This document shows, one piece after another, positions 24,718 through 32,000 of a DNA stretch of 32,000 nt. The DNA is from Candidatus Methanoperedens sp. (GTDB lineage Archaea; Halobacteriota; Methanosarcinia; Methanosarcinales; Methanoperedenaceae). The stretch lies in NCBI GenBank assembly GCA_027460535.1, contig JAPZAR010000006.1, forward strand, positions 79,981 to 111,980, in the 5' to 3' direction. Under the pieces are notes generated by a model. It worked only from the letters and a program-made list of their open reading frames with translations, was not told the DNA's origin and did not search any database. The first letter of the stretch is position 1. Every line of letters begins with the position of its first letter. A program made the position numbers and the translations under genes.

Positions 24718-25899
24718 TCATTCGATCAACACAACATCCACTTCTTCTCCAGCGGCCAGTCCTTCGATATTCGGAGGTATGATCACAAAACCATCGGCTT
24801 TTGACACCGAGCTCAGTACCCCCGCGCCTGATACTGCAACAGGGATAGCTTTTCCGTTATTTAACTTGACACGTGCAAACGTCTTGAAGCCCGTCCTTGA
24901 CGGTATTTTTTCAACCAGCACAGCACGGGCAGTCCTTTCCGGCTCTTTTGGGATTTGCCCGAGCTTTTGCAGCGCCGGGCGGGCAAAAAAGTAGAGGGCT
25001 ACAAATCCTGCAACGGGATATCCGGGCATGCACACAACGGGCTTGTCCTTGACGATGCCCAGCGCAGTGGGCTTTCCCGGGCTGATTCCAATGCCATGGG
25101 CGATCAACTTTCCCAGGGAATCTACGACAGCAGGAACATGATCCCTTCTGCCAACCGAGGTCCCGCCGCTGACCAGGATCATATCCGAATCAAGATTTGA
25201 AATGATAGCTTCTCTTATCTTTTCAGGTTCATCGGTCACGATTTCATGGAGCTTCGGGATCCCTCCCCATTTTCTAATATAGAGGGATGCCATCAATCCG
25301 TTGGACTCATAAACCTCGCCTGGTTTTAGTTCTCTTTCTCCCCTCCGGACAAGCTCTTCGCCTGTCGGGATTATAGCCACATATGGTTTTCTCTGGACAC
25401 TTATAGATTCAATTCCCATCGAAGCGAGAACCGCGATATCGCAGGGACGAAGCTTCTGCCCTTCATTTAGAATAACCTCTCCCTTACTGATATCTTCCCC
25501 GATTTCCCCTACGTTCTTGAAAGGATGAACCTGGGTAAATATCTCAATATCATCCCCTCGGGAAACCGTATCCTCCAGCATTACCACAGCGTCTCCCCCC
25601 TCAGGCACGGGCGAGCCCGTATGTACTCGCACGCAGGTTCCTTTTTCAATGCTTTGCCCCAATTTCAAAACAACAGGGGAACCGCCGCCAGCACCAAGGG
25701 TGTCTGAAGCCTTCACGGCGAAACCATCCATGGCGGCGCGCCGGAAATGAGGCACATCGACACTGGAAATAATATCCAGGGAGTTGACCCTCCCGTCACA
25801 CTCCTCGACCGGGATAATCTCGGAAGCTGTAATGGGATTTATCGCATTCAAGAACAGCTTTTTAGCATCATCGGCATTCATCCTTTTCTTGAACATCAT
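24718..25899 (-). CDS. moeA: Molybdopterin molybdenumtransferase MoeA
   Basis: 393 aa. It has the [10 protein letters not shown] motif and the [11 protein letters not shown] and MPGYPVAG motifs of the MoeA/gephyrin E domain. Confidence 0.9.
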   Translation of the reverse strand: MMFKKRMNADDAKKLFLNAINPITASEIIPVEECDGRVNSLDIISSVDVPHFRRAAMDGFAVKASDTLGAGGGSPVVLKLGQSIEKGTCVRVHTGSPVPEGGDAVVMLEDTVSRGDDIEIFTQVHPFKNVGEIGEDISKGEVILNEGQKLRPCDIAVLASMGIESISVQRKPYVAIIPTGEELVRRGERELKPGEVYESNGLMASLYIRKWGGIPKLHEIVTDEPEKIREAIISNLDSDMILVSGGTSVGRRDHVPAVVDSLGKLIAHGIGISPGKPTALGIVKDKPVVCMPGYPVAGFVALYFFARPALQKLGQIPKEPERTARAVLVEKIPSRTGFKTFARVKLNNGKAIPVAVSGAGVLSSVSKADGFVIIPPNIEGLAAGEEVDVVLIE

Positions 25900-26168
25900 C
25901 CTCCTGAAACTGGAGGAAAAATGGCAATTTCGTCATTTTGCACAAGAGGCGTTTTCAATCCTTCCTTTTCAAGAATATTCCTCCCGTTCAGAAATACATT
26001 GATATAGCCATGCAAATTTTCGTCTTTAAAGACCATGGCTTCCAATCCGGGGAACATTCTGCAAAGATCCACAAGAACATCATTAACAGTATCGCCTTCC
26101 ATATCAAGCTCTTTGGTTTTTGTATATTCGCGAAGATTTGCGAACAACTTTACCCTGATCTTTGGCAT
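25896..26168 (-). CDS. moaD: MoaD/ThiS-family sulfur-carrier protein (C-terminal Gly-Gly)
   Basis: 90 aa ending in ...[10 protein letters not shown]. Its stop overlaps the moeA start (ATGA). Confidence 0.85.
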   Translation of the reverse strand: MPKIRVKLFANLREYTKTKELDMEGDTVNDVLVDLCRMFPGLEAMVFKDENLHGYINVFLNGRNILEKEGLKTPLVQNDEIAIFPPVSGG

Positions 26169-26231
26169 TGAACTATCATCCCCCCATCAAACCATAAATG
26201 CTATGAATATGTTTTAACTATTTTTGAGGTA

Positions 26232-28025
26232 ATGGAAAAAAAGGATTTTGGTCTTTACTCTGTTTTTATTCTGATAATTGCTTCGGCGTTTTTCCTGCGC
26301 CTCTACCATCTGGATGAAAGGGTTTTCCATCACGATGAAGCCGCTGTAGGTTATTTCACGTACAAATTGTTCAATGACAATGTTTATTCATACGACCCCG
26401 CGTTCCACGGGCCATTCATTTACTATGCGACGGCGGAGATGTTCAGGCGTTTGGGTGATACCATATATTCAGCGCGCCTGCTTCCCGCGCTTCTTGGCGC
26501 TTCGATAATATTTTTTCTTATCCCTCTTCGGAAATACATAGGAAAAACAGGGCTGGTTATTTCGGCTTTCTTTTTTGCTTTTTCCCCTTCGTTCCTGTAT
26601 TACTCGCGGTTCTATAGAGAGGACATTTTCATCTCATTCTTTACTTTGCTAATGCTGGTATGCGTGATAAAGTATGCAGAGAAATATATAGATGTCAGAC
26701 GATCAATTATCAAGGTTTCTCATCTGCTTTTAGGGACCCTTTTGCTCATTTCGGCCGTGGTATTTTATACTATTTTGCCTGCATCATCTGCGGCAATTAA
26801 AGAGAATGCAATTAATGCAATTTTTTTGGCATTGATTATATTACTGCTCTTACTGCTGGCTACATTAATATTAATAAAGTATGGAGAAAAACATATCGAA
26901 TATGGTTATTCCATTTTTCGTCCTTTCTATTTGTTCTTAGCAGGTGTGTCGCTTGCATCTATGGCAGCGCTTAAAGAAAATGCTTATATAGCTATGGGAT
27001 TGATCCTCCTTTTCCTTTTCCTGTTCTTTATCCGTGAAAGGTGGTATTCAGGTCTTTTTTCGAAAATAAGAAAGCTTGACAAAAAAGTCTTGATTGTTGC
27101 TGGCGAGGGAGTATTTTTCATTATTGTTGTGCTTGTCGTTTATTCTCTGTTTTATACCGGCAAGGTTTTTGATCTCTATGGCATGAAGGTAGCTTTCATA
27201 AAAGCGGTATCCCACTGGGTTGAGATGCACAGGATAGAGCGCATCGGCGGTCCGATGTATTTTTATCTCCCCATAATGGCGCTTTATGAACTTCCAGTGT
27301 TCGTCTTCGGATTTGCCGGTATTATCCATTATTATAAAAAAAATGATATTCTCATGACCTTCCTTGGTTACTGGACGATCACCAACCTGATAATCTATTC
27401 ATATTTACAGGAGAAAGTACCGTGGCTCATCCTTAACCCGCTGCTGCCGCTTGTTATAATTGCAGGAGCATACCTGGGTGAACTATTGCCCCGACTGAGG
27501 TTTGACACTCGCGTGGGTGCTTTTGTGATTATTTTTCTCGTAGCGAGTTCCTCTTATTCAGTCTATTCAAGCATGTTCTTGAACTATTATGATTACACCA
27601 ACCCGGCAGAGCCATTAATACAGGCGGCGCAGCCCCCGCAGAAGTATTCTCTTTTCATAAGCAAGATATCCGAAATATCAAGACAATACAGCAACCAGTC
27701 AACCGAAATCCAGGTAACGGACCCTGAGATGGAAACACAGTTCCTGTGGTATTTGCGCCACTACGGCAATGTCAGGTGGAAGGTGAGCATTAACTCGGAA
27801 CTCAATGCTCCACTTATCGTTGTGCATGATTCCGACGGGAACGAATCGGATGCGACTGTAGTGAAGCGCCACCTGCGTACTGATTATGAGAGGCTTGACA
27901 GTGCGAAGATGTCTTGGTACTGGTTCCAGCCTTCGGATGTTACTCCGGGTTACCTGCTAACCAGGAAGATGGACAGGGCGCCGGGGGAGTACAGGATCGT
28001 GCTGTTCTATAAACCGAAAAAATGA
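26232..28025 (+). CDS. GT-C-fold (ArnT/PMT-like) integral membrane protein, TIGR03663/Agl23-like
   Basis: 597 aa and polytopic. The N-terminal region LRLYHLDERVFHHDEAAVGYF...YDPAFHGPFIYY...LLPALLG...SRFYREDIF is typical of the archaeal Agl23-like family. Confidence 0.7.
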   Translation: MEKKDFGLYSVFILIIASAFFLRLYHLDERVFHHDEAAVGYFTYKLFNDNVYSYDPAFHGPFIYYATAEMFRRLGDTIYSARLLPALLGASIIFFLIPLRKYIGKTGLVISAFFFAFSPSFLYYSRFYREDIFISFFTLLMLVCVIKYAEKYIDVRRSIIKVSHLLLGTLLLISAVVFYTILPASSAAIKENAINAIFLALIILLLLLLATLILIKYGEKHIEYGYSIFRPFYLFLAGVSLASMAALKENAYIAMGLILLFLFLFFIRERWYSGLFSKIRKLDKKVLIVAGEGVFFIIVVLVVYSLFYTGKVFDLYGMKVAFIKAVSHWVEMHRIERIGGPMYFYLPIMALYELPVFVFGFAGIIHYYKKNDILMTFLGYWTITNLIIYSYLQEKVPWLILNPLLPLVIIAGAYLGELLPRLRFDTRVGAFVIIFLVASSSYSVYSSMFLNYYDYTNPAEPLIQAAQPPQKYSLFISKISEISRQYSNQSTEIQVTDPEMETQFLWYLRHYGNVRWKVSINSELNAPLIVVHDSDGNESDATVVKRHLRTDYERLDSAKMSWYWFQPSDVTPGYLLTRKMDRAPGEYRIVLFYKPKK

Positions 28026-28026
28026 T

Positions 28027-28824
28027 CTACAGTACCTCGTCCATGCTCCCGCTCCTGAAACCCATCAGATCAAGGGTGATATAGGCAAACCCGAGCTTTT
28101 TGAACTCATTCACGACAGCCTCGCGCATTCCCAGAAACCGCGCCATCTCATCTGGCATGAGTTCGATTCGTGCAATTCCCGCATGGTCACGTACCCTCAC
28201 GACATTGAACCCCGTATTCCGGAGATATTCCTCCGCTTTACCCACTCGACTGAGGGCTTCATGCGTTATAGCCTGTCCGTAGGGGAAACGAGAGGAAAGA
28301 CACGCCATCGAGGGTTTTTCTGCAACCGATAGATTTAATCTGCGAGCCATTTCGCGTATTTCCTCCTTTGTAACATTGAATTCAACATATGGATTATAGA
28401 TTCCCTCCTCCATTATCGCCCTGTGACCCGGCCTGTGGCCTTTAAGTTCTGAGATATTCGTCCCCTCAACAATTGTCTCAATGCCATATTCTGCGGCAAT
28501 CTTTTTTAACTCCCGCATTAACCCTTTTTTGCAGTAATAGCATCTATCCACAGGGTTTCTTGAAAATCCCGGCTCGTCGAGCTCATCATAAGATATCACA
28601 ACATGCCTTATCCCGATCTCCTCTGCAACCTTTTTTGCACACTCAAGCTCACCCGGCGCGAGCGTGAAAGAGTCAGCTGTGACCGCAATAGCATTATCCC
28701 CCAGCGCCCTGTACGCAAGCGCCGAAAGAACCGAGCTGTCCACGCCGCCAGAAAAAGCTACGAGAACGCCGCCTCTCTGCAAGAGCGCATCCAATATTGC
28801 GTGCATCTTTTCATCGATAGACAT
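28027..28824 (-). CDS. larE: PP-loop ATP-utilising enzyme, LarE-like sulfur transferase family (TIGR00268-like)
   Basis: The PP-loop is AFSGGVDSSV. The conserved SMACLSSRFPYG segment carries the candidate sulfur-donor Cys. Confidence 0.75.
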   Translation of the reverse strand: MSIDEKMHAILDALLQRGGVLVAFSGGVDSSVLSALAYRALGDNAIAVTADSFTLAPGELECAKKVAEEIGIRHVVISYDELDEPGFSRNPVDRCYYCKKGLMRELKKIAAEYGIETIVEGTNISELKGHRPGHRAIMEEGIYNPYVEFNVTKEEIREMARRLNLSVAEKPSMACLSSRFPYGQAITHEALSRVGKAEEYLRNTGFNVVRVRDHAGIARIELMPDEMARFLGMREAVVNEFKKLGFAYITLDLMGFRSGSMDEVL

Positions 28825-28993
28825 GGAGGCTACAATGCCGCAAAAAGATGTAAGGATTTCTATAAACCTTCAGCTTTTTCGCCCTTCGCGTTCTATGCAT
28901 CAACATATCAAAAATGCATAGAGTCATTTTAGACTTCAAATTGATTTGAAGTCATAGAAATCTCTTTTAATATCCTTGACAATTAATAATAAA

Positions 28994-29689
28994 ATGCCAG
29001 AAAACGTTACCAGCCCTCCCGAGGAGAAGCTCCTCATACTACCTCTGGGAGATGAATCCAAGAAGATAACCCAGGTAATATCCAACGACACTGCCCGCCA
29101 GATAATTGAGATGCTGGCTGACGTGCCTCTTTCTGCCTCGGATATTGGAGGGCGTTTGAATGCTCCCATCTCCACCATTATGTACAACCTTGAGAATCTG
29201 GAAAGCGTGGGGCTTATCAAAGTGGAAAAGATAAAATACAGCGAGAAGGGCCGCGAAGTAAAGATTTACGGGCCGGTGAGAAAACTCATTGTGGTGGTAC
29301 CTGAGAAAACCGATAAAAAATCAGTGGCAGATATACTCAGGAAGTATCTCGGCGTGATGCTCGCGGCTTTTTTTGCTTCAGGTCTTATCGAGTTCTTCAC
29401 AAGAAGGGTCGGTCCTATTCCCACTGTATCGATAAAGGAATCAGAGGTTAACACGACGGCTGTGATGAACGAAACTGTAAGGGGAATGACGCAGAGCGCA
29501 GCCATCTCGGGCAAGGCCGTGGCGCCGGGCGCTCCCGTCCTTAATGCAACGCCAATAGCAGAGACGGATACTCTTACGAGAATCGAAGATATGATATATG
29601 CCCATCCGGGCATTTTGTTTTTCATCGGATGCCTGTTCGTGGTGGTGCTGCTAGTTGCCATGGATTACAGGAGAAATGGTCACAGGTAG
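28994..29689 (+). CDS. Membrane-tethered ArsR-type winged-helix transcription regulator (wHTH plus 2 predicted TM helices flanking an extracytoplasmic loop)
   Basis: Track ORF 28976..29689 (TTG); the ATG is at 28994. The wHTH segment is ARQIIEMLADVPLSASDIGGRLNAPISTIMYNLENLESVGLIKVEK. Hydrophobic segments are GVMLAAFFASGLIEFF and GILFFIGCLFVVVLLVAM. Confidence 0.7.
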   Translation: MPENVTSPPEEKLLILPLGDESKKITQVISNDTARQIIEMLADVPLSASDIGGRLNAPISTIMYNLENLESVGLIKVEKIKYSEKGREVKIYGPVRKLIVVVPEKTDKKSVADILRKYLGVMLAAFFASGLIEFFTRRVGPIPTVSIKESEVNTTAVMNETVRGMTQSAAISGKAVAPGAPVLNATPIAETDTLTRIEDMIYAHPGILFFIGCLFVVVLLVAMDYRRNGHR

Positions 29690-30085
29690 TTTTTACTCTC
29701 CGGATATGAAGTTGAATTGAGCCATCATGCAATTCAGGATGAGTTAGGCATCCGCGGTCAGCCGTGAATCGGCGGGCATCCACGGCGATGATTCTCTCTC
29801 ACACGCTCACATCATATGTTCTATTTTGTCATGGCATACAGATCGAATCTCTACAATACAATTAAGGCAAATCTTTAAATCTTCATATATCTTTCAGTTA
29901 TTCAATCTTTGAAATATAATCAAATTTTAATGGTCTGCCCTTGCCATTTATGGAAAAGCATCAAAAACGCAAGCTTAAATAGAAAAGTTTCTTAACTAAT
30001 TATACACAAAATTGGTTTCATTCCAGTAAAATAGGATACGTCGCGATCAAAAAGTTGCAGTTAATGAAGGATAGGAGTTATAGGA

Positions 30086-32000
30086 ATGGTAAATAACAGA
30101 AGGTTGATAGTGATTTTTACTATTTTGCTGATGAATCTCGCATTTATCCAACACACTTTAGCGTATCCTTCTTATAATACAGAACAAGATTGTAGAGGTT
30201 GCCATGGTAGCGATTTGGCAAACAGACACCATCTTTTGGTGGCAAAAGGCACATTTCAATGTACAAACTGCCATCCCATGAAATATGATAATCAAAGTCA
30301 AATTTATTATCCTGAAGTAATAAGAAATTGTCTAATATGCCACGTCGGTGAAAATCATGAGGACTGTGTGCGATGCCATGTAGATAGTGCACCTGGCGAT
30401 GTCAACAGAACCGCTTTTGGCCAGGGTGTCCATGTTAATATTAATACAACCGAGGGAAATAATTCACTAAACAACAGCGATTGCTGGACATGCCATTTTA
30501 ACAGGGATATGAACAGGAGCAATATCCGGCAGTGCGCTGACTGCCACACAGGGAGCGGTCAGCCCGATGCCCCGCAGGCGCCGAAGGTTCGCACGCACCT
30601 GCCTGCTGTAACAAATTATTCCTGCCTGGATTGTCACAGCAAAGTCACAGTAAATCCAGGAGCAGGAATCCCCAACGTAACTTCTCACTATGCACAAAGA
30701 CCCGCAGTTCCAACATCGAAATATTGTGATTATTGCCATGGACCGAATGCAAGCTCTCCATTCCCGGCCTTGAACAAGACAATTCCCCGGTTCAATCATG
30801 ATGACCCGGGCTGGAATGGAAATGCCACATGCAGGACATGCCACACAAATTCCAGTGTATCAGCGGATCCCCGGGCAAATGATACTTCGTCTTTCCATGA
30901 ACTCACAACAGAATTAGGAGATGCGTTTGATGGAACTGCAAAAGCCGATTGCGTTCTCTGCCATGTCCAGAAAGCTCCTCAATTTGTATCAGCTCCAAAT
31001 CCTCCACATGATACCACAGGCATGGTCACTGCGGACTGCTCTGGCTGCCACGGAGTCAATGTCCCGGGTACACAGCCGCAGAAACTTCATGATCCCACGC
31101 CCACAACGACCGGTGGATGCATAGGATGTCATTCAAATAACGCAACACGGTATTATACGAATACAAGCCTATTCGGATTGCATGCAAACGTAAATACCTC
31201 GGATGACACGGGTAATGTCACGGATGCTGATTGTAAAACATGCCACTATGGTGCGGCCAACGGAACAATGAGCATGGTACTGGGAGCAGCAAATCAAAGC
31301 AACACCTATTTCTGCCAGGATTGCCATACGAGTTCAGGAACCGGGCCAGTTCATCCCACCAACCCTAATCTGATCAAAAATGGATTAAGTCACGGGAAAA
31401 CAGATTGCAAATGGTGCCATATTGCAGGCGACTCTCAGCCAAGACCATTAAATGTGACCCCTCCGCCATTAATCGTTAATTTAAGATACCATCCAAATGG
31501 GCCCAAAGGAACTGCTGCTGGAAAGAATTGTTTGACCTGCCATTATTCAGCCAATCTCCCGGATTTACCATTCCATGCACCCGGGGAAGCCCATGAGAAC
31601 GATCTGAATATTTGCGGGGAATGCCATAACAACGCAGATAATCATGCAGTTACTCCAGACCCGTTCCCGAGTAACCCGCCGGGAGTTTCCGGGTTATCAG
31701 TAACCACGCCTGTAAACATGGGAAGTCCGGCACAGGTTCAGGCTACAGTTTTTGACGAAAATATGCAGATAGCAGCGGCTCAGTATCAGGTCACCAATAA
31801 TTCCGGTATAGTAATTGATTGGACAAATATGTCACCGGGCAATGGAAGGTTCAGTTTACAGAACCAACCTGTTTACGCCAGCATAAATACTTCAAACCTC
31901 AATGGTACATATACGGTTAATGTCAAAGGCATGGCTTCAGCACCGAGGACTGATCCATCCAAACCATACTATCCGCTGAACGGCCGGTGGAGCAGTGTTG
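30086..32000 (+). CDS. Large extracellular multihaem c-type cytochrome (at least 17 CxxCH motifs in the visible 638 codons); 3' end beyond the window
   Basis: My own translation from the ATG at 30086 finds no stop before the window end, so the ORF is missing from the track. The signal peptide is MVNNRRLIVIFTILLMNLAFIQHTLA. The haem motifs are CRGCH, CTNCH, CLICH, CVRCH, CWTCH, CADCH, CLDCH, CDYCH, CRTCH, CVLCH, CSGCH, CIGCH, CKTCH, CQDCH, CKWCH, CLTCH and CGECH. There are about 20 N-x-S/T sequons. A beta-rich domain begins near 31680. Confidence 0.9.
   Translation, partial: MVNNRRLIVIFTILLMNLAFIQHTLAYPSYNTEQDCRGCHGSDLANRHHLLVAKGTFQCTNCHPMKYDNQSQIYYPEVIRNCLICHVGENHEDCVRCHVDSAPGDVNRTAFGQGVHVNINTTEGNNSLNNSDCWTCHFNRDMNRSNIRQCADCHTGSGQPDAPQAPKVRTHLPAVTNYSCLDCHSKVTVNPGAGIPNVTSHYAQRPAVPTSKYCDYCHGPNASSPFPALNKTIPRFNHDDPGWNGNATCRTCHTNSSVSADPRANDTSSFHELTTELGDAFDGTAKADCVLCHVQKAPQFVSAPNPPHDTTGMVTADCSGCHGVNVPGTQPQKLHDPTPTTTGGCIGCHSNNATRYYTNTSLFGLHANVNTSDDTGNVTDADCKTCHYGAANGTMSMVLGAANQSNTYFCQDCHTSSGTGPVHPTNPNLIKNGLSHGKTDCKWCHIAGDSQPRPLNVTPPPLIVNLRYHPNGPKGTAAGKNCLTCHYSANLPDLPFHAPGEAHENDLNICGECHNNADNHAVTPDPFPSNPPGVSGLSVTTPVNMGSPAQVQATVFDENMQIAAAQYQVTNNSGIVIDWTNMSPGNGRFSLQNQPVYASINTSNLNGTYTVNVKGMASAPRTDPSKPYYPLNGRWSSV

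Noticed and set aside
24718-28824. moeA-moaD, the Agl23-like gene and the larE-like gene, considered as one functional cluster.
   Set aside because: Only moaD-moeA are coupled, by an ATGA overlap. The others are on opposite strands with unrelated, well-known housekeeping roles. Nothing in the sequence links them.

Overview
This looks like an archaeal chromosomal segment. The lineage is an inference: Methanosarcinales, probably close to ANME-2d 'Candidatus Methanoperedens'. The evidence is a set of archaea-type housekeeping genes (RNase P Rpp21/Rnp4, ribosomal protein L10e/uL16, aIF2-beta with a C-terminal TRAM domain, EndoQ, an intron-less tRNA-Val) together with c-type cytochromes, including a very large multihaem cytochrome at the 3' edge.

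I support about 33 protein genes, 1 tRNA, 1 decayed IS4-family transposase fragment, a ~0.95 kb segmental duplication, and a few promoter and terminator candidates. Most genes are ordinary: GPN GTPase, UbiA prenyltransferase, SDR enzymes, H+-PPase, MoeA/MoaD, LarE-like, Agl23-like, AAA ATPase.

The most interesting locus is 1.4-4.9 kb. A radical-SAM enzyme sits between two paralogous ~230 aa proteins. Their N-termini resemble NHLP/Nif11-class RiPP leader peptides, and their C-termini carry a GG motif followed by a nearly invariant 27 aa acidic tail. One paralog is frame-disrupted. This could be an undescribed archaeal peptide-modification (RiPP-like) system.

Secondary points of interest:
- A membrane-tethered wHTH regulator next to a multihaem cytochrome with at least 17 haem motifs.
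- A di-haem CCP/MauG-like lipoprotein.
- A Mo-oxidoreductase/cytochrome b pair.
- A GC-rich structured intergenic element.
- A small accessory patch (8.6-12 kb) with unknown secreted proteins, an IS remnant and an orphan RHH protein.

No CRISPR array or rRNA was seen. All homology statements come from reading the translations by eye. No database search was run.
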